Of a stretch of DNA of 64,000 nucleotides, positions 9,962 through 20,885 are shown piece by piece. Source of the DNA: a bacterium (GTDB lineage Bacteria > Patescibacteriota > Microgenomatia > Curtissbacterales > GWA2-41-24); NCBI GenBank assembly GCA_021813125.1, contig JAKALT010000001.1, positions 23-64,022 on the forward strand, in the 5' to 3' direction. A program made the translations under genes and the position numbers. Numbering within the stretch: position 1 is the stretch's first letter; each line of letters starts with the position of its first letter. Below the pieces are notes generated by a model. That model had not been told where the DNA came from and did not search any database. It saw nothing but the letters and a program-made list of their open reading frames with translations.

Positions 9962-10783
9962 ATGGCACTTAGAATTTACAAACCTACAACTTCAGCGCAA
10001 AGGTTTAAATCCGGTCTAAATTTTATGGAGATCACAAAAACCGGACCGGAAAAATCTCTGATAAAAAGCCAAAACAGAGCCTCGGGTCGTTCCTTTGGAA
10101 AAATAACTGCACGGGGTATTGGCGGTGGTCACAAACAGCATTTTAGAATAATAGATTTCAAGAGAAACAAAAGAGACATTGTGGCCAGAGTTGCTTCAAT
10201 CGAATACGACCCAAACCGAACAGCCAATATTGCTCTTTTAAACTATGAAGACGGAGAAAAAAGATATATATTGGCTCCTTTAGGTCTTGAAGTTGGCGCT
10301 AAAATCACAACTTCCGACAAAACTGAGATTAAACCCGGAAACAGTATGCCGATCGGTAAGATGCCGATCGGAACAGTAGTCCATAATGTTGAGCTAATAC
10401 CAGGCGCTGGCGGCGCAATTGTAAGAAGCGCTGGAACGGGAGCAGTAATTGCAGCGCGCGAAGGAAACTACGTCCACCTAAAACTCCCCTCAAAAGAAGT
10501 TCGCAAAGTTCACACTTCATGCTACGCAACAATTGGTCAACTTGGAAATGTTGACTGGAAAAATATTTCTCTTGGAAAGGCCGGGAGATCTCGCCATATG
10601 GGTCGACGCCCTAAAGTCCGTGGTGTAGCAATGGATCCGGCTTCGCATCCGCATGGCGGCGGTGAAGGAAAATCTGGAACGGGTATGAATCCGAAAACCA
10701 GAAGCGGCAAACCGGCTTTTGGCAAAACCAGAAGACGCAGAAAACCGTCAAGCAGATTTATATTATCGAGGAGGAAGAAATAA
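9962..10783 (+). CDS. rplB: 50S ribosomal protein L2
   Basis: 273 aa. ...GRNxxGxITxRHxGGGHKxxYRxIDF... and C-terminal GGGEGKSG motifs. Confidence 0.97.
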   Translation: MALRIYKPTTSAQRFKSGLNFMEITKTGPEKSLIKSQNRASGRSFGKITARGIGGGHKQHFRIIDFKRNKRDIVARVASIEYDPNRTANIALLNYEDGEKRYILAPLGLEVGAKITTSDKTEIKPGNSMPIGKMPIGTVVHNVELIPGAGGAIVRSAGTGAVIAAREGNYVHLKLPSKEVRKVHTSCYATIGQLGNVDWKNISLGKAGRSRHMGRRPKVRGVAMDPASHPHGGGEGKSGTGMNPKTRSGKPAFGKTRRRRKPSSRFILSRRKK

Positions 10784-10784
10784 A

Positions 10785-11153
10785 ATGACTGAGCAATATA
10801 GACATCAAATAGATCCAACAACAATTTTATATATGCCCGACCAGCATCCATATAGATTTGGTCGAGTTTATGCTTCGGGTAGGGGAGATCAGCAAGGTAG
10901 AATATTTTTCCACGCATGGACTGCTGCTAAACCTAATTTGGAATCAGCACTTGAAGAAGCAAAAAGAACTGAAATAGGCTATGCTGCACCAGTTGTAGTT
11001 GGTCCAGATATTGATCGCGATGCAACTTGTAAAGCCAGAAAAGCTATGTTTAATCATCAAAGTCTAGGCATTTGGAAGGAAGAAGGAGCTGACAGTAAAA
11101 CGATGAAACTTATTCGAGGAAAACTGTCTCAAAGGAAAGGGAAAAATGTCTAG
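10785..11153 (+). CDS. Hypothetical protein (122 aa) inserted between rplB and rpsS
   Basis: ATG at 10785 lies 1 nt after the rplB stop, with AGGAGG 9 nt upstream. The longer 144-aa ORF from 10719 overlaps rplB in another frame and is less likely. The 3' end overlaps the rpsS start by 8 nt. No recognised family ([48 protein letters not shown]...). Confidence 0.5.
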   Translation: MTEQYRHQIDPTTILYMPDQHPYRFGRVYASGRGDQQGRIFFHAWTAAKPNLESALEEAKRTEIGYAAPVVVGPDIDRDATCKARKAMFNHQSLGIWKEEGADSKTMKLIRGKLSQRKGKNV

Positions 11154-11430
11154 ATCAAGTAAAAAAGGTCCGTATGTAGACGAGAAATTGATGAAGAAAG
11201 TAATGACACAAAAAGAAGGTGGACAAAAATCCGCCATCAAAACCTGGGCCCGCGCAAGCCAGATTGCACCGGAATTTGTAAATCATACATTCTCAGTTCA
11301 TAATGGCCGGACTTTTATAAACGTATTCGTATCAGAACCGATGGTTGGTCATCGCTTGGGTGAATTTGCGCCGACTAGAACTTTTAGGGGTCACGGAAAA
11401 ATAACCGAAAAAGCAAAAGCCAAGAAATAA
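11146..11430 (+). CDS. rpsS: 30S ribosomal protein S19
   Basis: [19 protein letters not shown]... canonical. Confidence 0.95.
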   Translation: MSRSSKKGPYVDEKLMKKVMTQKEGGQKSAIKTWARASQIAPEFVNHTFSVHNGRTFINVFVSEPMVGHRLGEFAPTRTFRGHGKITEKAKAKK

Positions 11431-11431
11431 T

Positions 11432-11863
11432 ATGGAAGTAACAGCTATAGCAAAAAACCAAAGAATTTCGCCCCAAAAGGCGAGGCTTGTTGTTGGCCAA
11501 ATTAAGAAAATGAAACCGCAAGAAGCTGTTCAGATTTTAGAATTTTTGCCGCAAAAGTCGTCACTCCTTATTCGAAAAGTGATTTTATCGGCTATTGCAA
11601 ATGCAAAAAATAACTATGATATTGCAGAAGAATCGCTAAAATTTAATCAAATTCAAATAGGCAGAGGCCCGATATTGAAAAGATATCGCCCTGTTGCAAG
11701 GGGAAGGGCGCACTCGATTTTAAAAAGGACTGCCAATATTAGGGTAGTTTTAGAAGGAGAGAAAAAAGCAGTATCAAAAGAGTTAAAACAACCAGAAAAA
11801 ACGATAACTGAAAAAAAGGAAATAAAATCAGAAAAGGAGAACACAAATGGGTCAAAAAGTTAA
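11432..11863 (+). CDS. rplV: 50S ribosomal protein L22 with C-terminal K/E-rich extension
   Basis: L22 core plus tail. Confidence 0.93.
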   Translation: MEVTAIAKNQRISPQKARLVVGQIKKMKPQEAVQILEFLPQKSSLLIRKVILSAIANAKNNYDIAEESLKFNQIQIGRGPILKRYRPVARGRAHSILKRTANIRVVLEGEKKAVSKELKQPEKTITEKKEIKSEKENTNGSKS

Positions 11864-12485
11864 TCCAATAGGTTTTCGCATGGGTGGTATTTATACCTGG
11901 AGCTCACGCTGGTTTGCGCCAAAGGGCGAGTTTGCCAAAAACCTCTTGGAAGATAACCAAATCAGAAAATTTTTGATGCAACATTTAAAAAACGCGGGAA
12001 TATCCAAAGTTGAAATTGAAAGGTTCTTTGACAAAAGAACCATAATAGTCCATGTTTCAAGACCTGGTGTTGCAATTGGAAGAGGTGGAACAGGAGTAGA
12101 ACAGTTAAAAGAATTATTGCTCAAAAAATTACAGATTAAAGATGCAGGAAAACTTGAAATAAAATTTGAGGAAATAAAAACACCCGACCTGGACGCATAC
12201 CTCGTTGCAGTTGGGATTGCTGACCAATTGGCCCGGAGAATTCCGTTTAGAAGAATAATGAATCAATCGCTCGAAAGGATCAAAAGGTCCGGTGCAAAAG
12301 GTGCAAGAATTGCCCTATCCGGCAGGCTTGGCGGTACCGAAATCGCCAGACGTGAGGTATTAAAGGATGGCGCAATTCCGCTTCAGACAATACGAGCAGA
12401 AATTGATTTTGCAAAAGTAGATGCAAAAGTACCAAAGGCTGGAATAATTGGAATAAAAGTTTGGATATATAAAGGGGAATCATAA
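11847..12485 (+). CDS. rpsC: 30S ribosomal protein S3
   Basis: [14 protein letters not shown]... KH domain signature. Confidence 0.96.
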   Translation: MGQKVNPIGFRMGGIYTWSSRWFAPKGEFAKNLLEDNQIRKFLMQHLKNAGISKVEIERFFDKRTIIVHVSRPGVAIGRGGTGVEQLKELLLKKLQIKDAGKLEIKFEEIKTPDLDAYLVAVGIADQLARRIPFRRIMNQSLERIKRSGAKGARIALSGRLGGTEIARREVLKDGAIPLQTIRAEIDFAKVDAKVPKAGIIGIKVWIYKGES

Positions 12486-12889
12486 TGCTTGCACCAAAAC
12501 GCGCGAAATTTAGGAAACAATTCAGAAACCGAAGAAAAGGCCTTGCCGTTCGAGGTAGCAGTCTCTCGTTTGGGTCTCATGGCCTGAAGAGCCAGCAGAC
12601 AGCATGGATTACTGCTCGCCAAATTGAGGCAGCTCGTCGTGCAATGACTCATTACACCAAACGTGGGGGAAGAATTTGGATAAGAATTTTTCCGGATAAA
12701 CCTGTGACTAAAAAACCGGCAGAAACTAGAATGGGCTCTGGAAAAGGAGACGTTGACCATTTTGTAGCAGTAGTTAAACCGGGTGCAATTTTATTTGAAA
12801 TGGGATCAATTGATTCTACTGTTGCCCTGGAAGCGCTAAGATTAGCCGCCCACAAATTGCCTATAAAAACAAAAATAATATCAAGATGA
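12485..12889 (+). CDS. rplP: 50S ribosomal protein L16
   Basis: [19 protein letters not shown]... canonical L16. Confidence 0.95.
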   Translation: MLAPKRAKFRKQFRNRRKGLAVRGSSLSFGSHGLKSQQTAWITARQIEAARRAMTHYTKRGGRIWIRIFPDKPVTKKPAETRMGSGKGDVDHFVAVVKPGAILFEMGSIDSTVALEALRLAAHKLPIKTKIISR

Positions 12890-13134
12890 AAAATAAAGAT
12901 TTACAAGAATTAAAGACAAAATCCTTAAAAGAGGTAAGAGGTAGTATTTCTACTCTTGAAAAAGAAATGGTAAATGCGACACTCGAGCTTAAGATGGGCA
13001 AGATAAAAAATGTTCATCAAGTTGCTCAAATCAAAAGAAGTATTGCCCAGGGCCAAACTATTGCCCGCATGAAAGAGATTCTTGAAAAAGAAAACCAAGA
13101 AAAGATAAAAGGAGTAAAAGATGCCGCAAATTAA
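12886..13134 (+). CDS. rpmC: 50S ribosomal protein L29
   Basis: Small helical protein in conserved position. [17 protein letters not shown]... Confidence 0.85.
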   Translation: MKNKDLQELKTKSLKEVRGSISTLEKEMVNATLELKMGKIKNVHQVAQIKRSIAQGQTIARMKEILEKENQEKIKGVKDAAN

Positions 13135-13351
13135 AACCGGTACTGTGATATCAACAAAGATGCTAAAGACCGCCGTAGTCAAAATAGATACTGTCGTCAA
13201 GCACCCTTTATACAAAAAGCAAATTAAAAGGTCAAAAAAAATTAAAGCCCGTGATGAAATTGGCGTTAAGGTAAACGACAAGGTAAAAATTGTTGAAACG
13301 AAACCTATTTCAAAAAACGTTAACTTTAAAGTTTTGGAGGTTATTAAATAA
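13121..13351 (+). CDS. rpsQ: 30S ribosomal protein S17
   Basis: 76 aa, OB-fold pattern, conserved position. Confidence 0.9.
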   Translation: MPQIKTGTVISTKMLKTAVVKIDTVVKHPLYKKQIKRSKKIKARDEIGVKVNDKVKIVETKPISKNVNFKVLEVIK

Positions 13352-13719
13352 TGCTTGCACCCAGATCAATTCTAACTGTTGCCGACAACAGCGGTGCCAA
13401 AAAATTAGTAGTTATTGGCATCGGAAAAGGGACAGGAAAGAGATTTGCAAAAGTCGGTGATATTATCACTTGCGCTGTTCGTGGAGCAATACCAAACAGC
13501 CAGGTTAAAGATCACGAAATAGTCAAAGCGTTAATTGTCAGAACCAGAAAAGAAATAAGACGGCGGGACGGATCTTATGTTAGGTTTTCGGACAATGCAG
13601 CAGTAGTTGTTGACAATAACAACTTGCCGAGAGCAACTCGTATTTTTGGTCCTATAGCAGGTGAAATTAAAAAGAAAGGTTTTTCTAAAATCGCTTCACT
13701 CGCAAAGGAGGTAATTTAA
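13351..13719 (+). CDS. rplN: 50S ribosomal protein L14
   Basis: 122 aa. ...[14 protein letters not shown]... canonical. Confidence 0.95.
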   Translation: MLAPRSILTVADNSGAKKLVVIGIGKGTGKRFAKVGDIITCAVRGAIPNSQVKDHEIVKALIVRTRKEIRRRDGSYVRFSDNAAVVVDNNNLPRATRIFGPIAGEIKKKGFSKIASLAKEVI

Positions 13720-13720
13720 T

Positions 13721-14038
13721 ATGCTTAAATTTCAAATCGGTGATGAGGTAAAAATTACAGCAGGCAGAGAGAAGGGTAAAAAAGGAAAAGTTGAAAAAGT
13801 TCTACCCAAAGAATCCAAAGTTGTAGTAGGGGGAATTAATGTTTACAAAAGACACAAAAAGGTTACAAGGACACAGCCGGCAGGAATTTATGAGATCACG
13901 AGACCTATCTCGATTGCATCGGTGAGTCTTCTGTGTCCCAAATGTGGTAAGCAAACAAGAGTGGGTTTCACAAAAGACGGAAAAACAAAAAACAGAATAT
14001 GCAAAAAGTGCAAAAGCAGGATAACTGTGAAGGAGTAA
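13721..14038 (+). CDS. rplX: 50S ribosomal protein L24 carrying a C-terminal CxxC...CxxC zinc-ribbon-like motif
   Basis: KOW N-terminus (IGDEVKITAGREKGKKGKV). C-terminus CPKCGK...CKKCKS within normal length. Confidence 0.9.
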   Translation: MLKFQIGDEVKITAGREKGKKGKVEKVLPKESKVVVGGINVYKRHKKVTRTQPAGIYEITRPISIASVSLLCPKCGKQTRVGFTKDGKTKNRICKKCKSRITVKE

Positions 14039-14039
14039 T

Positions 14040-14585
14040 ATGAATAATCTTTATAAAAAATACAAAGAAGAAATTTTACCGATCCTAAGGGAAGAGTTTA
14101 ACATTGCAAACGATTTGGCGGCTCCGGCCATAAAAAAAGTGGTACTCAATGTAGGAGCTGGTGAAGCACTTTCAAGTAAAGATGTTATTGGAAAAATTAA
14201 GGATCAAGTCGCCCAAATTACTGGACAAAATCCAAGGATAACGCTTGCGAAGAAATCGATCTCAACCTTTAAGCTTAAAAAAGGTGACGCAATCGGTGTA
14301 ATGGTCACACTAAGAGGCAAAAAAGCTTGGGATTTTATAGAAAACTTTATTTCAATTGTAGTTCCAAGAATGAGAGATTTTAGAGGATTGGAAAAAACAA
14401 AATTCGATCATATGGGAAATTATAATTTAGGAATTACAGAACAAATTTTATTTCCCCAAATTGAGTACTCAAAAGTCGACAAAATAAGGGGCCTTGAAGT
14501 AACCTTTGTAATATCAAATAGTAATCCGGAAAAATCCGCAAGGTTTTTTGAAATAATGGGATTACCATTTAGAAAAAGTACATAA
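14040..14585 (+). CDS. rplE: 50S ribosomal protein L5
   Basis: 181 aa, conserved position, L5 motifs. Confidence 0.95.
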   Translation: MNNLYKKYKEEILPILREEFNIANDLAAPAIKKVVLNVGAGEALSSKDVIGKIKDQVAQITGQNPRITLAKKSISTFKLKKGDAIGVMVTLRGKKAWDFIENFISIVVPRMRDFRGLEKTKFDHMGNYNLGITEQILFPQIEYSKVDKIRGLEVTFVISNSNPEKSARFFEIMGLPFRKST

Positions 14586-14598
14586 ATAAATTTAAAAT

Positions 14599-14784
14599 AT
14601 GGCAAAAACATCTAAAATCGTAAAAAACGATAAAAAACAAAAATTTGCAAATCGTAGAAGGAATCGCTGCAAATTGTGTGGGAGACCAAGAGGTTATCTT
14701 AGAAAGTTTGCACTTTGCAGAATTTGTTTTAGGGATCTAGTTCATAAAGGAGAAATTCCGGGTGTTAAAAAGTCATCCTGGTAA
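14599..14784 (+). CDS. rpsN: 30S ribosomal protein S14 type Z (zinc-binding)
   Basis: 61 aa with CKLCGR...CRIC. Confidence 0.93.
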   Translation: MAKTSKIVKNDKKQKFANRRRNRCKLCGRPRGYLRKFALCRICFRDLVHKGEIPGVKKSSW

Positions 14785-14909
14785 ACAATATGAAAACTAA
14801 AGGTTTCAAAATAAATATCAAAAGTGGATCAGGTTTTGCCTGGACAAAACCATCGAATGAAGAAAGGGGGATATTCTCGGAAAGCCGTTAGGTTTGCCGT
14901 TAAAATTTT

Positions 14910-15287
14910 ATGGACTCGATTGCAAACATGATAGTTGTAATTAAAAACGGGTACCTTGCACGCAAGGACGAAATTGTCTTGCCCTTTTCAAGGTTTAGGT
15001 TTGAAGTTGCAAAAGCCCTCGAAAAAGCAGGCTTTGTGGCTAAAGTCACGAAATCAGAAGGCACCATAAAAGTAGATCTCCTTTATTCTGAAAACAGAAA
15101 ACCGAGGATCACAGAAATTAAAAAAGTATCCAAACAAGGATTGCGACTCTACACCAAAAGTAAAAATATCCGCCCGGTAAAAGGCGGGAGGGGCATGACA
15201 ATTATTTCTACCTCGCAAGGTGTTATGACTCAAAAAGAAGCGCAAAAGAAAAATTTGGGAGGGGAGGTCATTTGCCGAGTTTGGTAA
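14910..15287 (+). CDS. rpsH: 30S ribosomal protein S8
   Basis: MDSIANMIVVIKNGYLARKDEIV... canonical S8. The 125-bp spacer before it contains a gccgtta direct repeat and a small hairpin. Confidence 0.93.
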   Translation: MDSIANMIVVIKNGYLARKDEIVLPFSRFRFEVAKALEKAGFVAKVTKSEGTIKVDLLYSENRKPRITEIKKVSKQGLRLYTKSKNIRPVKGGRGMTIISTSQGVMTQKEAQKKNLGGEVICRVW

Positions 15288-15296
15288 ATAGTTTCT

Positions 15297-15839
15297 ATGT
15301 CAAAAATCGGAAAATTACCAATAAATATACCATCAACTGTCTCAGTCATCATTGAGGGCCACGAGGTCAGCGTTAATGGCCCAAAAGGAGAGTTGAAATT
15401 TATGTTTCGCCCAGAAGTTAAAGTTGACTTGGAAAATGGCCAGCTTAAGATTTCCAGAAGGTCTGAAACCAAAATTGCCAAAGCACTGCACGGCCTAACC
15501 AGAAGTATTTTGGCAAACATGGTCAAAGGTGTTGTTGAAGGACATCAAAAAGTTTTGGAGCTTGTGGGCGTCGGTTATCGTGCAACAAAACAAGGCGAAA
15601 ATTTAGTATTAAACGTTGGCTATTCGCACCCGGTTGTGATTCAACCGGTAAATGGTATCGAGCTCGAAACCAAGGAGAATAAAATTATTGTTTCCGGACC
15701 GGACAAAGTAATAGTTGGAGAAGTTGCAGCAAAAATAAGAAGAATCCGCCCACCGGAACCCTACAAAGGCAAAGGAATAAAATATCAAGGGGAATTTATT
15801 CGCAGAAAGGCTGGAAAGGCTGTTAAAGCAGCATCATAA
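15297..15839 (+). CDS. rplF: 50S ribosomal protein L6
   Basis: 180 aa, two-domain L6 pattern. Confidence 0.93.
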   Translation: MSKIGKLPINIPSTVSVIIEGHEVSVNGPKGELKFMFRPEVKVDLENGQLKISRRSETKIAKALHGLTRSILANMVKGVVEGHQKVLELVGVGYRATKQGENLVLNVGYSHPVVIQPVNGIELETKENKIIVSGPDKVIVGEVAAKIRRIRPPEPYKGKGIKYQGEFIRRKAGKAVKAAS

Positions 15840-15841
15840 AT

Positions 15842-16204
15842 ATGATAAATAAAAAACAGCAAAAAAGACAAAGACATATAAGGGCAAGGAAAAAGTTGAC
15901 TGGCACCCAATTGGCACCACGGCTTTCGGTTTTTCGATCGTCAAAATATATTTACGCTCAGATCATAGATGACACGGTCATGAAAACAATTGTTTCCTCA
16001 TCAGATGTTAAATCAAAAAACAAGGCAAAAAGCGAAGAAGGAACTATAAAAATTCAATCTGCTTTTGCAGTTGGCCAAGATTTAGCGACAAAAGCGCTAG
16101 CTAAAAAAGTAAAAAAGGTTGTTTTTGACTCCGGAGGCAATAAGTACCATGGACGTGTTAAAGCACTCGCCGACGGAGCAAGAAAAGGAGGTTTAATTTT
16201 CTAA
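15842..16204 (+). CDS. rplR: 50S ribosomal protein L18
   Basis: 120 aa, conserved position. Confidence 0.9.
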   Translation: MINKKQQKRQRHIRARKKLTGTQLAPRLSVFRSSKYIYAQIIDDTVMKTIVSSSDVKSKNKAKSEEGTIKIQSAFAVGQDLATKALAKKVKKVVFDSGGNKYHGRVKALADGARKGGLIF

Positions 16205-16662
16205 TGGTAAGAGATTCAAGATATATCCCGGAAGTTAAAGAATTTGAAGAAAAAGTGATTCAGGTCAATCGTGTCTCTAAAAAAACACAAGGCGGCAACC
16301 AGATGAGCTTTTCGGCACTAGTTGTTATTGGCGACAGAAAAGGTCGTGTTGGCGTCGGGTTGGGAAAGTCAAAAGATGTCGCATCAGCTATCAGAAAAGG
16401 TGTAAATCTCGCTAAAAAACACTTGATTACTGTCCCGGTTGTAAGAGGCACAATTCCGCATGATATTTTTATTAAAAAAGGAGCAGCAAAAATTTTGCTA
16501 AAACCAGCCCCTGAAGGTTCTGGAGTTATCGCCGGCGGGGCAGTTAGAGCAGTCGTAGAAGCTGCTGGTATAAGAAACATTTCCAGTAAAGTTTTAGGCA
16601 CTAAAAATCAGGCTTCCAATGTTTATGCAACACTTGAAGCATTAAGGAGCTTTCTAGTATGA
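16204..16662 (+). CDS. rpsE: 30S ribosomal protein S5
   Basis: 152 aa. Followed directly by rplO with no intervening rpmD (L30). Confidence 0.93.
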   Translation: MVRDSRYIPEVKEFEEKVIQVNRVSKKTQGGNQMSFSALVVIGDRKGRVGVGLGKSKDVASAIRKGVNLAKKHLITVPVVRGTIPHDIFIKKGAAKILLKPAPEGSGVIAGGAVRAVVEAAGIRNISSKVLGTKNQASNVYATLEALRSFLV

Positions 16663-17117
16663 ATTTAAAAGACCTTCCTAAACAAAAAGCAAAAAGTGCT
16701 AAAAGAATTGGCAGAGGTCCGGGGACTGGAAAAGGGAAAACGTCCGGTCGCGGTCAAAAGGGTCAAAATGCTAGGGGCAAACTGCCAATCACCCACTCTC
16801 ATTTCGAAGGTGGTCAGAGGCCACTTATAAAAAGACTCCCTTACCGAAAAGGCAAAGGTAACCGCAAGGTATCCAAAAAGCCAATTGTAGTCAACCTCAA
16901 AACGATTAACGTTTTACCCAAAGGAGAAGTTGTCACAATTGATTCTCTAATAAAGTACAAAATCGTTGATAAAAACGACGCAAAGATATACGGCGTAAAA
17001 ATACTCGGCGACGGAACACTTTCTAACTCCTACAAATTTAATATCAAAACATCAAAAAGCGCCGCCGAAAAAATTAAAAAAGCTGGCGGAGAAATAATGG
17101 CTTCAAAGTCAAAATAA
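16659..17117 (+). CDS. rplO: 50S ribosomal protein L15
   Basis: [19 protein letters not shown] motif. Confidence 0.93.
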   Translation: MNLKDLPKQKAKSAKRIGRGPGTGKGKTSGRGQKGQNARGKLPITHSHFEGGQRPLIKRLPYRKGKGNRKVSKKPIVVNLKTINVLPKGEVVTIDSLIKYKIVDKNDAKIYGVKILGDGTLSNSYKFNIKTSKSAAEKIKKAGGEIMASKSK

Positions 17118-17118
17118 G

Positions 17119-18408
17119 GTGAGATATTTAAATTTACTGCTCAAAATATTTAAAGTAAAAGATTTAAGAAAAAAAATCCTATTCACCGCTTTTATTTTTT
17201 TAATTTTTAGAATATTTGCCCAAGTTCCCGTTCCCGGAGTCGATATTTTGCGCTTGAAAAGTTTATTTGCAGAAAGCCAACTGCTCTCTCTTTTGGACAT
17301 ATTCTCCGGCGGTACTCTGGCAAACTTTTCGGTCATGTCGCTGGGTTTAAACCCATATATTAACGCAAGCATCATAATGCAGCTATTGCAGATGGTTTTC
17401 CCAAAGCTAGAAGAACTTGCCAAAGAAGGTGAAGCCGGTCGCGAAAAAATTAACCAATATACAAGGTATCTAACAGTTCCCCTTGGAGCGGTTCAGGCTT
17501 TTGGAATTTATATTCTCCTTAAAAACGCCAACATTTTAACAACCATTAATCCACTGACGCTTCTATCCCTGGTTGTGACAATTACCGCAGGGACATTACT
17601 TTTAATGTGGCTTGGTGAATTAATCTCGGAAAAGGGAATCGGGAACGGAATTTCCATGATAATATTTGCTGGAATCGTTGGCCGGCTTCCCATTAGTTTA
17701 TTCCAGCAGTTGTCAGTTTTTGACCCGTCGCAGCTTAGAAATATTTTAATTTTTGCCGCGATGGCAGTTGTTGTTGTAGTGTCAATTGTAATCGTCACAG
17801 AAGCCCAACGCCCCATAAGGGTTCATTATTCAAGAAGAGAAGCCCAGGGTGCCCAAAATGCAGTTTCAAGTTTTATACCGTTTCGGGTTAATCAGGCAGG
17901 TGTAATTCCAATTATCTTTGCCGTATCTCTAATTCTACTGCCAACAACCTTTGGAAGATTTTTTGAACGGTCTCCAAACGTAGTCCTTGCCAATCTTGCA
18001 CAGGAACTCCAGCGCCTATTTTCGCCTGGTAATAATGTTTACAGCGTGGTGTACTTTTTTCTTGTGATAATTTTCACCTATTTTTACACGACTGTTGCTT
18101 TCAACACAAAGCAAATTTCTGAAATGCTTATGAAGCAAGGAGGTTTTTTACCAGGTATAAGACCAGGGACTCCAACAAAAAAATATCTGGATTATGTATC
18201 TTTAAGAGTCACACTTTTTGGCGCAATCTTTCTGGGTATCATCGCCGTCTTACCGTCTATAGGCCAGCGTTTAACAGGTATCAATAATCTTTTGATTGGG
18301 GGGACCGGAATCTTAATAGTAGTTGCAGTAATTCTGGAAACAACTAAACAAGTCGAATCCCACATGGTAATGAGCGACTACGACACTTTTCTTAAAAAAA
18401 GAGGTTAA
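17119..18408 (+). CDS. secY: Preprotein translocase subunit SecY
   Basis: 429 aa, 10-TM protein, conserved position after rplO. Confidence 0.95.
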   Translation: MRYLNLLLKIFKVKDLRKKILFTAFIFLIFRIFAQVPVPGVDILRLKSLFAESQLLSLLDIFSGGTLANFSVMSLGLNPYINASIIMQLLQMVFPKLEELAKEGEAGREKINQYTRYLTVPLGAVQAFGIYILLKNANILTTINPLTLLSLVVTITAGTLLLMWLGELISEKGIGNGISMIIFAGIVGRLPISLFQQLSVFDPSQLRNILIFAAMAVVVVVSIVIVTEAQRPIRVHYSRREAQGAQNAVSSFIPFRVNQAGVIPIIFAVSLILLPTTFGRFFERSPNVVLANLAQELQRLFSPGNNVYSVVYFFLVIIFTYFYTTVAFNTKQISEMLMKQGGFLPGIRPGTPTKKYLDYVSLRVTLFGAIFLGIIAVLPSIGQRLTGINNLLIGGTGILIVVAVILETTKQVESHMVMSDYDTFLKKRG

Positions 18409-18412
18409 AATT

Positions 18413-18967
18413 ATGAAATTTGTATTTTTGGGCGGACAAGGTTCCGGTAAATCGACACAAGCAAAACTTTTGGCGGATTATTTAAATTTGCCTTTGGTTG
18501 AAATGGGACAAATCTTCCGGGAAAAATCTCAAGACAATGACGAAGAAGGTCAAGCTATTCGCGACCGCCTTGCTGCGGGCGAGCTTGTTCCTGACAATAT
18601 CGCAGTAAGCACATTGCAGAAAAAAATCAGCAATGCGGATTTCAAAGAAGGTTACATTCTAGATGGTTATCCAAGAAATGCCGCTCAACTCGAAGGATTG
18701 GAACCAGATATAGATAAAGTTTTTTTCGTGAAAGTGTCGGACGAAGAAGCAATAAAAAGGCTCAGCCTAAGAGCCAGGGCAGACGATTCAAAAGAAGCTT
18801 TAAGGCGCAGACTTCAAATTTATCATGAGCAAACAGAACCGTTGCTAGAGAAATTTAATGAAGAGGGAAAACTAATAACCATAGAAGGCGAAAGAACAAT
18901 AGAAGAAATACATAATGATATTAGAGAAAGAGTTACAAACTATGAAAAACAATTGGATCAAAAATAA
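18413..18967 (+). CDS. adk: Adenylate kinase (short-LID form, no zinc knuckle)
   Basis: GGQGSGKSTQ P-loop, 184 aa. Confidence 0.9.
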   Translation: MKFVFLGGQGSGKSTQAKLLADYLNLPLVEMGQIFREKSQDNDEEGQAIRDRLAAGELVPDNIAVSTLQKKISNADFKEGYILDGYPRNAAQLEGLEPDIDKVFFVKVSDEEAIKRLSLRARADDSKEALRRRLQIYHEQTEPLLEKFNEEGKLITIEGERTIEEIHNDIRERVTNYEKQLDQK

Positions 18968-19697
18968 AAAAGAGCTAGAACTTATGAAAAAATCAGGTCA
19001 AATTGCTGCCCTTGCTTTAAAAAAAGTCAGGAAAAACATAAAACCAGGGGTGACATGCAAATACCTGGATGACATTGCCCGCCAGGAAATAGAAAATCAG
19101 GGGGCAAAATCTTCTTTTATGACGGTTGAAGACTACAAATATACAATTTGTACAACGGTCAACGAGCAAGTAGTTCATGCTATACCAACAGACCGTGTTC
19201 TCAAAGACGGCGACATAGTAGGTATAGATATCGGCGCGCTCTACAAAGGCTATCACAGTGATTTAGCCTACACGCAACCGGTTGGAAAAGTGTCATCAGA
19301 AACTCAACAATTTCTATCTATAGGCGAATCAACTTTAAAAGCTGCAATAAAAAAAGCTGCCCCAGGGAACAAAATTGGCGATATATCTTCAGTTATCCAA
19401 AACTCAATTGAAGGTGCTGGGTATGCAGTTGTCAAAGAGCTTACAGGCCATGGAGTGGGCAGGGAGCTTCACGAAGAGCCCTATGTTCCCTGCTTCGGTA
19501 AGCCCAACACGGGGCCAATAATTTCCGAAAACATGACACTTGCAATAGAAGTAATCTACACTGCCGGTTCCGGCGAGATTGGCCTGGAGGCGGACAATTG
19601 GACAATATCGGCTGCGGATGGTTCCCTGGGAGGCTTGTTTGAACAGACTATCTTAATAACAAAATCAGGGCCTGTAGTGTTGACGCCGTATATGTAA
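18942..19697 (+). CDS. map: Methionine aminopeptidase type I
   Basis: M24 pita-bread fold motifs. Start chosen at the ATG at 18942 (MKNNWIKNKKELELMKK). The longer ORF from 18915 overlaps adk further. Confidence 0.9.
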   Translation: MKNNWIKNKKELELMKKSGQIAALALKKVRKNIKPGVTCKYLDDIARQEIENQGAKSSFMTVEDYKYTICTTVNEQVVHAIPTDRVLKDGDIVGIDIGALYKGYHSDLAYTQPVGKVSSETQQFLSIGESTLKAAIKKAAPGNKIGDISSVIQNSIEGAGYAVVKELTGHGVGRELHEEPYVPCFGKPNTGPIISENMTLAIEVIYTAGSGEIGLEADNWTISAADGSLGGLFEQTILITKSGPVVLTPYM

Positions 19698-19723
19698 ATT
19701 AGGTAAAATAACCGTTTAGATCA

Positions 19724-19966
19724 ATGACAAAATCAGGTGTAATAGAAATTCAGGGAGAAGTTACCGAAGCGCTGCCAAATACCATGTTTAGGGTTAAGGT
19801 TTCTGAGGGTCAATTGCCGGGTGTCGAAGGTGACACAGTTGTACTTTGTCACCTATCAGGGAAAATGAGAATTCATTATGTAAGAATCTTGCCGGGCGAT
19901 AAAGTTAAACTAGAGGTTACTCCTTATGATTTAACTAAAGGAAGGATAACTTATAGGTTAGGTTAA
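19724..19966 (+). CDS. infA: Translation initiation factor IF-1
   Basis: 80 aa. S1-like OB fold. [16 protein letters not shown]... Confidence 0.93.
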   Translation: MTKSGVIEIQGEVTEALPNTMFRVKVSEGQLPGVEGDTVVLCHLSGKMRIHYVRILPGDKVKLEVTPYDLTKGRITYRLG

Positions 19967-19967
19967 A

Positions 19968-20081
19968 ATGAAAGTTCAAGCTAGTGTAAAAAAACGCTGT
20001 GTGAATTGTAAAATTGTCAAAAGAAAAGGCAGGCTTTATGTCATTTGCATAAATCCCCGCCACAAACAAAGACAAGGTTAA
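19968..20081 (+). CDS. rpmJ: 50S ribosomal protein L36 (not in the ORF track because under 60 aa)
   Basis: Translated by eye: [37 protein letters not shown]. Canonical L36 zinc ribbon between infA and rpsM. Confidence 0.9.
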   Translation: MKVQASVKKRCVNCKIVKRKGRLYVICINPRHKQRQG

Positions 20082-20084
20082 TAT

Positions 20085-20480
20085 ATGGCTAGAATTGCAG
20101 GAATAGATTTACCAAGCGAAAAAAGGATCGAAGCGTCGCTACCTTATATTTTTGGCATTGGTCCGACTTTAGCCAAAAAAATAATCGCATCCTGCAATAT
20201 TGACCCGGACAAAAGAACGAAAAATTTAACAGAAGATGAAGTTAACAAACTTCAAAAGGAAGTCGAAAATTACAAAGTTGAAGGCGATTTAAGGCGAGAG
20301 ATCCAAGGAAACATCAAACGTTTACAGGAAACTGGAACTTATAGAGGCATGCGCCATTCAAAAAGTTTGCCGGCACGAGGTCAGCGTACCAGGGTTAATG
20401 CAAGAACCAAAAGAGGAAAACGTGTCACAATTGGAACAGTTAGAAAAGAAGTCGTTGCCAAAATGGGGGCAGCCTCTTAG
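20085..20480 (+). CDS. rpsM: 30S ribosomal protein S13
   Basis: [26 protein letters not shown]... canonical. Confidence 0.95.
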   Translation: MARIAGIDLPSEKRIEASLPYIFGIGPTLAKKIIASCNIDPDKRTKNLTEDEVNKLQKEVENYKVEGDLRREIQGNIKRLQETGTYRGMRHSKSLPARGQRTRVNARTKRGKRVTIGTVRKEVVAKMGAAS

Positions 20481-20492
20481 TAATTAAAGTCT

Positions 20493-20882
20493 ATGGCAAA
20501 AGTAACTAAGAAAACAAAAAAATCTGTATCGAAACAAACAAGCCACGCAAAGGCGTATGTTACCGCGACTTTTAACAACACTTTAGTAACTCTTACAGAC
20601 ACAAATGGCCAAACTATTGCTTGGGGTTCTGCGGGCGCATCAAATTTCAAAGGGGCAAGAAAATCTACACCATATGCAGCAACCACGGTTGTTGAGGGAG
20701 TTGCAAAAAAAGCCAAAGAACTTGGAGTTCAAAGCGTTGAAATTTATGTCAAGGGCCCCGGACCTGGCCGAGACAGTTCAATTCGTGCTTTCAAAGCAGC
20801 AGGTTTAAATATCACTATGATTGCCGATGTCACACCAATTCCGCACAATGGTCCGCGTGCACAAAAAAGGAGAAGAGTTTAG
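20493..20882 (+). CDS. rpsK: 30S ribosomal protein S11
   Basis: 129 aa, conserved position and motifs. Confidence 0.95.
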   Translation: MAKVTKKTKKSVSKQTSHAKAYVTATFNNTLVTLTDTNGQTIAWGSAGASNFKGARKSTPYAATTVVEGVAKKAKELGVQSVEIYVKGPGPGRDSSIRAFKAAGLNITMIADVTPIPHNGPRAQKRRRV

Positions 20883-20885
20883 AAA

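Noticed and set aside
10719-11153. 144-aa version of the rplB-rpsS inserted ORF
   Set aside because: The upstream 66 nt overlap rplB in another frame. The internal ATG at 10785 with AGGAGG is the more plausible start.
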